56,338 nt of DNA from Candidatus Saccharimonadales bacterium (lineage in GTDB: Bacteria > Patescibacteriota > Saccharimonadia > Saccharimonadales > JACQNP01). Positions 46,087-55,584 of the stretch are shown one piece after another (position 1 is the stretch's first letter; each line of letters starts with the position of its first letter). The notes under the pieces are model-generated. The model did no database searches. It was not told where the DNA came from and saw nothing but the letters and a program-made list of their open reading frames with translations. The translations under genes were made by a program, and so were the position numbers. Location: positions 1-56,338 of the forward strand of contig JBBSJL010000004.1 of assembly GCA_038257245.1 (NCBI GenBank), in the 5' to 3' direction.

Positions 46087-47741
46087 GCGACCAAAAAGAG
46101 ACAATATACATCGATATAGATGATGAGATAACATCTATTATTGACAAGGTAACTACTTCAAAAAAGAAAGTTGTGGCTCTAGTGTTGCCAAAGCGAGCTA
46201 CAGTTATGCAGAGTGTGGTGAATATGCGCCTTTTGAAGCGTGCTAGTGAAGAAGCCAGCAAGAGCTTTGTTCTAATCACATCTGAGGCCAGCGTCTTGCC
46301 TTTGGCTGGAGCTGTGGGGGTTTATACTGCTAAAACCTTGCAGAGTAAGCCAACGATCCCAGACGGCGATGAAACGGAAGAAGCAGAAGAAGAAATTGGC
46401 GAAGAAGAACCAGATGTTGATAATGCCAAAACAGTTGGTGAACTGGCAGGTGTGGCAGCGGTTGCAGCCGTGGTTGATGAAGATGAAACCATAGAAGTAG
46501 ACAATGAGACAAAAGAAGATGGAAGTGATGACACCGAGTCAAACTCAGATAAGTCAAAAAACAAAAAACTCAAAATTCCTAACTTTGACTCGTTTAGAAA
46601 TAAGTTATTCTTGGGTATCGGTATTGTATTATTGCTTGCAATTGGTTGGTATGTGGCATTTTATGTAATGCCTAAGGCTACGATAGCTATTAAAACGAAT
46701 GCTACTACTAACTCTGTTGATATAACTTTTGTTGCCGATCCAAAAGTTTCTGATTTAGATAAAGAAAACAAGATTGTACCAGCAAAGGTTCAGAAATTAG
46801 ATAAAACTAAAACCGAAAAATCATCAACTACTGGGGAGAAAAACTTAGGAGAAAAAGCAACTGGCAAGGCAACAATGAAACTCACAACAGACTGCATCAC
46901 CCCTCTTACAGACGTACCGGCTGGGACAACGATTAGCTCTGGCAATCAGGGCTTCATTACCCAGAAAAAAGCGAGTTTTACGCCACCTCCAGCTCCAGAC
47001 GGTAACGGTAATTGTATATTTACAAGTAACGAAGTTGGTGTCACGGCAGCAGCTGGTGGTGGTGAATACAACCTGAGTGGTAGAGTCTATACTGTTGCTG
47101 GCTTCGGTTCAGTAGTCGCAAATGGCTCTAATATGTCGGGCGGGACTGACAAAATTGTCAAAATCGTTAACCAGCAAGACGTGGATGGTGCCAAAAATAA
47201 AGCCCTGGAAGGAAACGTGGATGAGGTAAAAGCAGAACTATCCAAATCACTAGAGGCCGAAGGTTATTTACCAATCCCAGAAACATTTAATAATACTGAG
47301 CCAGTAATTACGTCAACACCAAATGTAGGCGATGAAGCTAACGAGGTATCGGTCACGGTAGTTACAAGCTATTCTATGGTTGGAGCGAAGAATGATGATC
47401 TTAAAACAGTAGTAGATGAAGAGGCTAAAAAGACTATCGATACTAACAATCAATCAATTACGGACTACGGGTTGGATGCGGCAGTTTACCAGGTTTATGA
47501 GGTTAAGCCGGACGGTGAAACAAGAATTAACTTTAAAACTAACATTACTACCGGAACTCAACTGAACGCAGATCAGATCAAAGAACAATCAGCTGGTAAA
47601 AAACGGGGAGAAGTTCAAGAACAGATTAAATCAGTCTCAGGTGTAGTAGATGTAGAGGTTATATATAAACCATTTTGGGTGACCAAAACCACGAAGAATG
47701 TTAATAAAATCACGGTAATCATCGAAAATGAAGGAAACTAA
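46083..47741 (+). CDS. Hypothetical bitopic membrane protein (cytoplasmic N-domain, acidic linker, TM, large extracytoplasmic domain), translationally coupled to the ftsA-like gene
   Basis: An ATGA overlap joins it to the upstream gene. The TM helix is LFLGIGIVLLLAIGWYVAFYV. Confidence 0.6.
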   Translation: MSDQKETIYIDIDDEITSIIDKVTTSKKKVVALVLPKRATVMQSVVNMRLLKRASEEASKSFVLITSEASVLPLAGAVGVYTAKTLQSKPTIPDGDETEEAEEEIGEEEPDVDNAKTVGELAGVAAVAAVVDEDETIEVDNETKEDGSDDTESNSDKSKNKKLKIPNFDSFRNKLFLGIGIVLLLAIGWYVAFYVMPKATIAIKTNATTNSVDITFVADPKVSDLDKENKIVPAKVQKLDKTKTEKSSTTGEKNLGEKATGKATMKLTTDCITPLTDVPAGTTISSGNQGFITQKKASFTPPPAPDGNGNCIFTSNEVGVTAAAGGGEYNLSGRVYTVAGFGSVVANGSNMSGGTDKIVKIVNQQDVDGAKNKALEGNVDEVKAELSKSLEAEGYLPIPETFNNTEPVITSTPNVGDEANEVSVTVVTSYSMVGAKNDDLKTVVDEEAKKTIDTNNQSITDYGLDAAVYQVYEVKPDGETRINFKTNITTGTQLNADQIKEQSAGKKRGEVQEQIKSVSGVVDVEVIYKPFWVTKTTKNVNKITVIIENEGN

Positions 47742-48138
47742 CATAATTGCACTGGATGTGGGTACGAAGAGGGTTGGTGTTGCTCGGGCGAGTTCTGTAG
47801 CTAGGTTTCCCGGCCCACTTACAACCCTTAATAACGATGACAACTTTTGGCGTAATCTAGCTAAATTGTTGGATGAGGAGAATGTCACGCATATTGTGGT
47901 CGGGCTACCCCGGAATCTACAAGGAGATCATACCGACCAAACCAGTTATACTGAAAATTTTGTTAACGAACTAACTTCTAAGGTAAAAATCCCAATTACA
48001 ATTCAAGACGAAGCTGTTACTTCTATAAAAGCTGAAGAGGAACTAAATGCCAAAGGTAAAAATTATACTAAAGCCGACATAGATGCATTGGCTGCAACCT
48101 ATATATTAGAAGATTATTTGGCTTCGCAAAAGAGTTAA
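47728..48138 (+). CDS. ruvX: Holliday-junction resolvase-like RuvX/YqgF
   Basis: IIALDVGTKRVGVA, IVVGLPRNLQG and DEAVTS fit RuvX. Confidence 0.85.
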   Translation: MKETNIIALDVGTKRVGVARASSVARFPGPLTTLNNDDNFWRNLAKLLDEENVTHIVVGLPRNLQGDHTDQTSYTENFVNELTSKVKIPITIQDEAVTSIKAEEELNAKGKNYTKADIDALAATYILEDYLASQKS

Positions 48139-48140
48139 CC

Positions 48141-49196
48141 ATGTTTAAGAAGTACAAATCCTACAGAAAAAAATCCGTCCAGCCCAAGTTAATTGGGATA
48201 GCTGCGATTATTGTATTGATTATAGCTATTACAGGGGTGTTTATGATCAGAAAGTCATATAATGATAACTTAAAGCCAGTTAGTGCATCACAAAATACAC
48301 AGCTTGTAACAATTCCTTTGGGGTCAACAGTCAAAGAAGTCGGCGAAACTTTAGAAAAGGCTGGGGTCATAAGGTCGGGATGGGCTTTCGAGTGGTATAT
48401 ACGTAACAATAACTTGAGAAATGACATCCAGGCCGGTACATATTACCTGCGACCTAATCAGCATGTCGAGGAAATAACTAACATTATTACTCAAGGCAAA
48501 GTTGCAACTGATCTTGTAACAATCTTGCCAGGTCAGAGGCTGGATCAAGTCAGGGCTGCATTAATCGGCTATGGATACACGGAGGAGTCTGTCGACCAGG
48601 CACTTGACCCGAGTAACTACTCTAATCACCCTGCTCTTGTGGATAAACCAGAATCAGCAAGTTTAGAAGGTTACTTATATCCTGAATCATTCCAGAAAAC
48701 GGCCGATACCAGCGCAGAAACCATTGTAAAGTCATCACTCGATGAAATGCAGAAGCAGCTGACCCCGACCCTGAGAGCTGGAATAGTTAAACAAGGCCTA
48801 ACTGTCCACCAGGGGATAATATTGGCATCAATTATTGACCAAGAAGTAAGCAACCCTGATGATAAGAAAACCGTGGCTCAAGTATTCCTGAAGAGACTAA
48901 AAGAAAACCGGCCACTAGAATCAGATCCTACGGCAATTTATGGCGCAGTATTAGCCGGCGAAGAGCCGAGCATACTCTATTCATCTGCTTACAATACCTA
49001 CGAAAACTTTGGTTTGCCACCGACACCAATTAGTAACGCCTCTGGCACGGCTTTATTGGCGGTTGCAGGCCCTTCAAACACCGACTATTTATTCTTTGTA
49101 GCTGGAGATGATGGTAATACATACTACTCTCGCACACTTGCCGAGCATGAGAGTTTGACCCGTGAACATTGTAAAAAACTATGCTCTTCTAATTAA
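48141..49196 (+). CDS. mltG: Endolytic murein transglycosylase MltG (YceG-like)
   Basis: There is an N-terminal TM. YYLRPN, LEGYLYPESF, LASIIDQEV and YNTYENFGLPPTPISN fit MltG. Confidence 0.85.
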   Translation: MFKKYKSYRKKSVQPKLIGIAAIIVLIIAITGVFMIRKSYNDNLKPVSASQNTQLVTIPLGSTVKEVGETLEKAGVIRSGWAFEWYIRNNNLRNDIQAGTYYLRPNQHVEEITNIITQGKVATDLVTILPGQRLDQVRAALIGYGYTEESVDQALDPSNYSNHPALVDKPESASLEGYLYPESFQKTADTSAETIVKSSLDEMQKQLTPTLRAGIVKQGLTVHQGIILASIIDQEVSNPDDKKTVAQVFLKRLKENRPLESDPTAIYGAVLAGEEPSILYSSAYNTYENFGLPPTPISNASGTALLAVAGPSNTDYLFFVAGDDGNTYYSRTLAEHESLTREHCKKLCSSN

Positions 49197-49384
49197 CAGG
49201 GGTTACCGAAGTTACAAGCTATTGAATTATGTAGATAAATTTGATAGAATTTAGCAGTAATTTCAGATTATGTGATTTTCATGACCTGAAGTTACTCTCT
49301 AACTGTTAATAATAGCTAATCAAGATTGGTCGATCTTTCTTGAAATCAAATTAAGAACCAGTTAGAGAAGTGTCATAACGACAC

Positions 49385-50548
49385 ATGGAGATTTGTATTC
49401 GTATCAATTCAGAAACCTTAAATTTAAAACTTAAGGTTGAAAAAACAACAAAAACCTACAGACGCATCTTTCGTAAAACGATCCTTAAGTCTCGCAAGAG
49501 GATGGTTCGTTATGGTTTATTGGCCGCTAACATTGTTTTGTTAGTTGGAGTAGTTGCTATTGTTCTTAACAATCCTAACGCCAGCCAGGCCGGTAAGCAA
49601 AATGCTTTAGTTGTTGCCAATAGCTCAGAAGTTATTCAAAATCCCCTAGATCAGCTATCATCAGCCGATATCGCTGTTAATGTTGCTCAAATTACCGGGA
49701 TAAGCGAAGCTACAGCAGTGCGGAATCAAGCTGATTCAGAAAACGCACTGTTATCACTTACACCAGCTGATGATAAAGTTGTTGCTCGTCCGCAAGTTGT
49801 GGCAACCGATAGAAAATCCAAACAAGATATTAAAGTTTACAAGGCCATAGAAGGCGACAGCGTAAGCTCTATAGCAGCCCAATTTGGTGTGTCGTCAGAT
49901 AGTATTCGTTGGAGCAATGGTTTGACCGGTGACAGCGTTACAGCAGGAGCTGAGTTGCTAATTCCGCCAGTTGGTGTTGACGGTATTGTTTATACGGTTA
50001 AATCTGGAGACACACCCGATTCTTTGGCGACAAAATACCGCAGCAACAAAGATTTAATAATTGCTTATAACGATGCTGAAATTAGCGGGCTTAAAGAAGG
50101 TGAAAGAATTATTATTCCTGATGGGCAACAGCCTGTAGTAAGGCCTACAGTTGGCTATAATGTTGCAACAGCAGCATCAAGTTCTGGTTTTGCGTGGGGC
50201 GGTAGCTCTGCTGTTTACGGTGGTGGTGGATATGATTATGGTTATTGTACTTGGTATGCATCAGTGCGTCGTGCACAGATTGGTCGACCAGTGCCTAGTA
50301 ACTTAGGTAATGCTAGTACCTGGAAGATTCTGGCTCAGCGAGCTGGTCATGGTATAGGCAATACACCACAAGCTGGCGCAATTATTTGGACTCCACCAAG
50401 AGATTACTACGGGCATGTTGGATTTGTAGAATCAGTTGACGCCGATGGTACAGTACATATATCAGAAATGAATACAGTGGGTTGGGGTAGGGTTAGTACG
50501 AAAACTCTAACGCCTGAACAGGCTGCTTCTTACGGCTATATTTATTAA
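49385..50548 (+). CDS. Peptidoglycan hydrolase: TM, 2x LysM, CHAP domain
   Basis: The LysM repeats are YKAIEGDSVSSIAAQFGVSSDSIRWSNGL and YTVKSGDTPDSLATKYRSNKDLIIAYN. The CHAP domain is GYCTWYASVRR...YGHVGFVESV. The start codon is uncertain. Confidence 0.8.
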   Translation: MEICIRINSETLNLKLKVEKTTKTYRRIFRKTILKSRKRMVRYGLLAANIVLLVGVVAIVLNNPNASQAGKQNALVVANSSEVIQNPLDQLSSADIAVNVAQITGISEATAVRNQADSENALLSLTPADDKVVARPQVVATDRKSKQDIKVYKAIEGDSVSSIAAQFGVSSDSIRWSNGLTGDSVTAGAELLIPPVGVDGIVYTVKSGDTPDSLATKYRSNKDLIIAYNDAEISGLKEGERIIIPDGQQPVVRPTVGYNVATAASSSGFAWGGSSAVYGGGGYDYGYCTWYASVRRAQIGRPVPSNLGNASTWKILAQRAGHGIGNTPQAGAIIWTPPRDYYGHVGFVESVDADGTVHISEMNTVGWGRVSTKTLTPEQAASYGYIY

Positions 50549-50598
50549 TCTGAAGCCAACTCTTTACGCATATCTGTAAAACCTGTAGGCTATAGGTG

Positions 50599-51867
50599 AT
50601 GTTTGTAGACAAAGTAACAGTTGATGTTCAAGCTGGTGATGGCGGTAATGGGGCCGTTAGTTTTCGACATGAAAAGTATGTAGATAAAGGTGGCCCAGAT
50701 GGTGGAGATGGTGGTCAGGGCGGCAGTATCGTCGTACGTAGTAGTCGCAACAACAATACTTTAGCTGAATTTCGATACAGTAAATTGCTCAAAGCCGAAT
50801 CTGGTCAGGCTGGCTCAAAACGAAAAAGGCACGGTAAAAATGCCAAAACCCTTGTAGTCAAGGTTCCAATAGGAACAGTTGTTACAGACGAAAAAGGCAC
50901 GATAATGGCTGACTTAATTGATGATGGGCAAGAAGTTATTATTGCCAAAGGGGGTAATGGCGGGTATGGGAATGCTCACTTTGTTTCCTCAACTAGACAA
51001 GTGCCCAGAATTGCTGAAAAGGGAGAACCAGGCCAAAAGTTGTCTGCTCAATTTGAGCTTAAAATGATCGCCGACGTGGGACTTGTTGGATTGCCGAATG
51101 CAGGAAAATCAACATTTCTAGGAGCTGTAAGCAATGCAAGGCCAGAGATCGCAGACTATCCGTTTACGACACTAAGCCCTAATCTTGGAGTTGTTGATAT
51201 TGATGACAATTCCGTCCTGATCGCTGATATCCCGGGGCTGATCGAAGGTGCCAGCCAGGGTAAGGGGTTAGGTGATGAGTTCTTACGGCATGTCGAAAGA
51301 ACAGCTGTTTTAATCCATCTTATTGATGCATATAACGAAAAAGTAGACCTAGCTTACAAAACTATAATTGATGAGTTAGCCGCATATGAGGTTGATCTTT
51401 CTAGGAAGCCGCAGATTATTGCTATAACGAAAATCGAAGGTCTTGATGACGAGATAATAAATGCCAAAATAGCCGAGATTAATAAAATTTGTCCAAAAAC
51501 AACCTTGGTTACTGCGATTTCTTCTCAGTCAGGTGTGGGTGTTAAGGAACTTTTGCGTAAAGTTGCAGTACTAGTAACAAAAAATCGACAAAAAATCGAA
51601 GAAATCGAGATGACAGAAACAGTTCCAGTACTAACTCTGGAAGATACGTCAGATAGTTGGCAAGTCGAAAAGACCAAAAAAGGTTATGTTGTAAGTGGCG
51701 AAAAGATCGAAAGATTTGCATCACGAACTGATTTCGAAAACCCACATGGAGTAGAACGACTACGTGATATTATGCGCAAAATGGGCATTATGCATGACCT
51801 TGAAAGAAAAGGCATTGATGCTGGTGACGACATAATATTTAAAGACCACGGCAGTATAGAATACTAG
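50599..51867 (+). CDS. obg: GTPase Obg
   Basis: The Obg fold is MFVDKVTVDVQAGDGGNGAVSFRHEKY. G1 is GLPNAGKST and DIPGLIEGA follows. ATG at 50599 lies immediately after the GTG at 50596. Confidence 0.9.
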   Translation: MFVDKVTVDVQAGDGGNGAVSFRHEKYVDKGGPDGGDGGQGGSIVVRSSRNNNTLAEFRYSKLLKAESGQAGSKRKRHGKNAKTLVVKVPIGTVVTDEKGTIMADLIDDGQEVIIAKGGNGGYGNAHFVSSTRQVPRIAEKGEPGQKLSAQFELKMIADVGLVGLPNAGKSTFLGAVSNARPEIADYPFTTLSPNLGVVDIDDNSVLIADIPGLIEGASQGKGLGDEFLRHVERTAVLIHLIDAYNEKVDLAYKTIIDELAAYEVDLSRKPQIIAITKIEGLDDEIINAKIAEINKICPKTTLVTAISSQSGVGVKELLRKVAVLVTKNRQKIEEIEMTETVPVLTLEDTSDSWQVEKTKKGYVVSGEKIERFASRTDFENPHGVERLRDIMRKMGIMHDLERKGIDAGDDIIFKDHGSIEY

Positions 51868-51918
51868 TCACCAAACACGTCAGTATAATATTTAACAGAT
51901 AGTGTTAAACTAGATTTA

Positions 51919-53358
51919 ATGGACAACACATTATACTTCTATGATCTTGAAACGAGCGGGTTCAATCCTCGCGAGGCTCGGATAATGCAGTTTGCCGGGC
52001 AACGTACAGACTTGAAAATGAAACCTATAGGTGAACCAGACAATATGTTTATAAAATTAACCGAGGATATTTTACCTGAACCCGACGCCATATTAGTAAC
52101 GGGCATCACCCCTCAGCAAACAATTGCCGACGGCGTTACAGAATCAGATTTTCTAAAGTATTTTCATGAAAACATTGTTATTCCAGGAACAATATTTACA
52201 GGCTTTAATTCTGTTAGATTCGATGATGAATTTATGAGGTTTCTTCACTACAGAAATTTTTATGATCCGTATGAATGGCAATGGAAGGAAGAAAGAGGCA
52301 GATGGGATTTGTTGGACGTGGTACGAATGACTCGTGCATTACGCCCAGACGGAATTGAGTGGCCGTTCGATAGTTCCGGCAAGCCTAGTAATCGTTTGGA
52401 ACTACTTACGAGCATAAACAAGCTAAATCATTCTAGCGTACATGATGCTTTATCTGATGTTGAAGCTACAATCTCTGTAGCTAGACTTATCCATAATAAA
52501 CAGCCAAAACTCTTCAATTATTTACTAGAAATTAGAGACAAAAAATCAGCAGCAAATTTAGTGTTAAAAGACCAACCATTTGTCTACACATCCGGTAAGT
52601 ACAATAGCGAATACGAAAAAACTACTGTCGCCGGCTTGCTGGCAGAACATCCATCACAACAGGGTGGAGCGCTTGTTTTTGACTTGCGATATGATCCAAG
52701 TGCATTCATTGATCTAAAACCACAAGAATTGGCTGAAGCCATGAGGCGTAGAAGTGATGAAGAGGGTCCAAGGTTCCCACTAAAAACCCTAAAGTATAAT
52801 CGTTGTCCTGCGATAGCGCCGATTAATGTCCTAGATACAGTTACGCAAAAAAAACTTAGTATTGATATAAAAACTATCAACAAAAACCACACTACGCTAA
52901 TCTCTGTTAGAAATGATCTCGAACTGACAGTTAAGCGGGCTCTGGAGCTATTGGATAAGAAACAACAAGCCAAGTTTATAGAAGATAACTTGGATGCTGA
53001 TGGCCGACTATATGAAGGTTTCTTCTCCGAAAGTGATAAGACGAAAATGAGTCTAGTCCGCGCTACAGATCCTTCTGAATTTTCCGAACTGGACGTTATT
53101 TTTAATGACGGTAGACTACAGGCTCTATTACCTCTATATAAAGCTAGAAACTTCCCTACAACTATTAGTGATGAAGACCGCGTAGTTTGGGATCAATTTA
53201 AAGAAAGACGACTACTTGGTGGAGGCACCGACAGTAGAATAATGAAATTTTTCAATCGTATAACTGAGCTTGCTGAAGATTCCAGCCTAACTCCCAAGAA
53301 ACAATATCTACTGCAAGAGTTAAAACTGTACGCAGAAAGCATCGCTCCTATTCTGTAA
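51919..53358 (+). CDS. sbcB: Exodeoxyribonuclease I
   Basis: The DEDDh exo motifs are FYDLETSG, FNSVRFDDEF and HDALSDV. The 479-aa length fits ExoI. Confidence 0.8.
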   Translation: MDNTLYFYDLETSGFNPREARIMQFAGQRTDLKMKPIGEPDNMFIKLTEDILPEPDAILVTGITPQQTIADGVTESDFLKYFHENIVIPGTIFTGFNSVRFDDEFMRFLHYRNFYDPYEWQWKEERGRWDLLDVVRMTRALRPDGIEWPFDSSGKPSNRLELLTSINKLNHSSVHDALSDVEATISVARLIHNKQPKLFNYLLEIRDKKSAANLVLKDQPFVYTSGKYNSEYEKTTVAGLLAEHPSQQGGALVFDLRYDPSAFIDLKPQELAEAMRRRSDEEGPRFPLKTLKYNRCPAIAPINVLDTVTQKKLSIDIKTINKNHTTLISVRNDLELTVKRALELLDKKQQAKFIEDNLDADGRLYEGFFSESDKTKMSLVRATDPSEFSELDVIFNDGRLQALLPLYKARNFPTTISDEDRVVWDQFKERRLLGGGTDSRIMKFFNRITELAEDSSLTPKKQYLLQELKLYAESIAPIL

Positions 53359-53359
53359 A

Positions 53360-53530
53360 CTAAGCTAGGATTTTTTTGTCTGTTTCTTGATTTGGAGTCT
53401 GTTTTTTGCGAATCATAATTCTGGTAGCGTCGTAGGCAACTAGAGCAACGGCTGTCATCACTAACAACCAATTAAAGGTAATAACTAGATTTGTGCCAGG
53501 AATTTCCCCGAGCACCATAAACTCCATCAT
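53360..53530 (-). CDS. Small hypothetical membrane protein (56 aa)
   Basis: Hand-translated as MMEFMVLGEIPGTNLVITFNWLLVMTAVALVAYDATRIMIRKKQTPNQETDKKILA. A GAGGGA SD lies upstream. It falls below the ORF-track length cutoff. Confidence 0.35.
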   Translation of the reverse strand: MMEFMVLGEIPGTNLVITFNWLLVMTAVALVAYDATRIMIRKKQTPNQETDKKILA

Positions 53531-53604
53531 TATGACTTCCCTCAGCCTTAATTAATTACATACTACACGAAATATGCGAAAAGTCAACAAGATTGTTTAA
53601 AACA

Positions 53605-54009
53605 CTAATATTTTTTGCGTATCTTTTTGAATCGGTTTTTATTACCGAGCAGCAAAACGAGGGAAACAATAACCAGCCATACAGCGGCGGTTTTAGCTAT
53701 ATTGCGTGTAAATGTTAAAACTATCATCACAGCTAATCCTAGGAAGATCAGGCCGGCTATATCAACAAGGGTGTTTATGGTTTTCGACCCGTTAAATAAC
53801 TTATCCGAAATATTTATGCCATTTTTCTTTATTAGTAGTAGCCACCTTTGTGCCCAATCATGGTTAATAGACAATAATCCTAGCCCCGCAATTAATAGAG
53901 GAATACCACCAGGTCCTGGCAGCCATCCGGTTAAACCTGCCAGTATTATTAAAAGAACTCCAGCAGTATCTATGAGTATAAATTTAAGTCGTTTGCTAAG
54001 ACCTTTCAT
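53605..54009 (-). CDS. PGPGW-motif small membrane protein
   Basis: It contains GWLPGPGGIPLLIAGLGLLS and four hydrophobic helices. Confidence 0.65.
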   Translation of the reverse strand: MKGLSKRLKFILIDTAGVLLIILAGLTGWLPGPGGIPLLIAGLGLLSINHDWAQRWLLLIKKNGINISDKLFNGSKTINTLVDIAGLIFLGLAVMIVLTFTRNIAKTAAVWLVIVSLVLLLGNKNRFKKIRKKY

Positions 54010-54023
54010 ATACTAATCATAAT

Positions 54024-54872
54024 CTAAAGAGGGTTTTTCTTGTAATTTCCTAGTACTTTAATGTCGCAACCTTGTTCTTTGAGTTGGTCAAAGACTTTAC
54101 TATAGACCGTAGAGTCATAGTCAATCTCTATATCGATATAAAACATATAATGCCATGCTTTGCCAATGATTGGTCGGGAGTGCAGGGCTGATAAATTAAT
54201 CTTGTGATTGTTAAAAACTTCTAATACATGGAAAAGCGAACCAGCTTTGGTGTCTTTGGGCGTTTGTAGTACCAGTGAAGTTTTATTCGCGCCTTCCATC
54301 AAGTTATTTGCGGCATTACGTTGCAATACTACGAATCGTGTAAAGTTATGTTTATTTGTCTCAATAGACTTATTCAAAACTTCTAAACCATGCAATTTTG
54401 CAGCGTCGATACTGGCAATAGCGACCTTTGATTTATCATTCCACTTTTTAATGCATTCAACACTTTTTGCAGTATCAAAATTTTCGAATTTGATAGCTTT
54501 CGGTATATAAGTATCTATAAAGTCATGACATTGTGCCAAAGCGATAGGGTGTGAGTGAATTTCTTTAATCTCATTTAGTTTTGTTCTAGGTAGTCCAATT
54601 AGGTTTTGTTCTATACGCAAGTAAACTTCTCCGTGTATGGTAACTGGCTGGTTAAGTATCAGGTCGTAAACTTCGTTGATTGTGCCGTATAGAGAGTTTT
54701 CTATGGCTACTAGTGCGTAATCTGATTGCATGCCAACAAGCGCCATGATTGCCTCTTTAAAGCTGTCACATGGTATAACTGTTGCTTTGCCGTGGAACTT
54801 TTGCGCAGCAATGTCATGAAATGATGCCGTCTGTCCCTGAATAGATACTTTCATACCATGTAAGACTACCAT
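54024..54872 (-). CDS. pheA: Prephenate dehydratase (PDT plus ACT domains)
   Basis: The N-terminus reads KVSIQGQTASFHDIAAQ. NFTRFVVL and the ACT region with LHSRPI are present. An alternative start at 54854 (MKVSIQG) is equally plausible. Confidence 0.85.
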   Translation of the reverse strand: MVVLHGMKVSIQGQTASFHDIAAQKFHGKATVIPCDSFKEAIMALVGMQSDYALVAIENSLYGTINEVYDLILNQPVTIHGEVYLRIEQNLIGLPRTKLNEIKEIHSHPIALAQCHDFIDTYIPKAIKFENFDTAKSVECIKKWNDKSKVAIASIDAAKLHGLEVLNKSIETNKHNFTRFVVLQRNAANNLMEGANKTSLVLQTPKDTKAGSLFHVLEVFNNHKINLSALHSRPIIGKAWHYMFYIDIEIDYDSTVYSKVFDQLKEQGCDIKVLGNYKKNPL

Positions 54873-54923
54873 AACCTGTGGTAATATGTATTAAATTGTG
54901 GGATAAAACTAATCTGGAGATAT

Positions 54924-55547
54924 ATGCCTAGACGACATAGCAATGTTTATCGTAGATACAGTAGTGAAGCAAACCGAGAATCACGCAAAAAATCAACTCT
55001 AAAAATTGTTAGGATGGTGTCACCAGAAAATACGTCAGAGATCAATGGTGTTATCCATACTCTTTTAGCAGATAATACTTTGCCCGTAATGGACAGAGTA
55101 CCAGGCAGCCATCCTTTATTTGTACTTGATCCAAGACAGGTTAGAAAAGAGTTTAATAACGGCTTTAGAGTTGGATTCGATTGCTACAGGGCAAAAGTGG
55201 ATGCAGAAAACCAAAATGGGAATCGTGATGAGATCGAAGCTAGTATTGGCGGGCTAACTCTCAGGGGTAATAAAGGTAGAAACTTGCTTTTTGCCAAAGT
55301 TGATGCACCCGAACTAACATATGAAATGTTGGCGTATTTTAGTATATTGGGATCTTATGGCTTAAGGGGCTTTGAAAAAAGGTCACATAATACTCCTAGA
55401 GCCCCAGAAATATTTTTAGGAAAATTTAGCGAGTATCCTTCTCGAAGTGTTCAAGAAGAGATAATCGAGGCAGTAGACACAGGATTTGCTATTCATAACA
55501 TTGACAATATAACTCTAGGGCCTTCTCGGTTTGATGTTATAGACTAG
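54924..55547 (+). CDS. Hypothetical protein (207 aa)
   Basis: Clean ORF divergent from pheA. No motif is recognised. Confidence 0.5.
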   Translation: MPRRHSNVYRRYSSEANRESRKKSTLKIVRMVSPENTSEINGVIHTLLADNTLPVMDRVPGSHPLFVLDPRQVRKEFNNGFRVGFDCYRAKVDAENQNGNRDEIEASIGGLTLRGNKGRNLLFAKVDAPELTYEMLAYFSILGSYGLRGFEKRSHNTPRAPEIFLGKFSEYPSRSVQEEIIEAVDTGFAIHNIDNITLGPSRFDVID

Positions 55548-55584
55548 CTTATATCTGTAAAATTAGCTATAATAGACCGACTTT

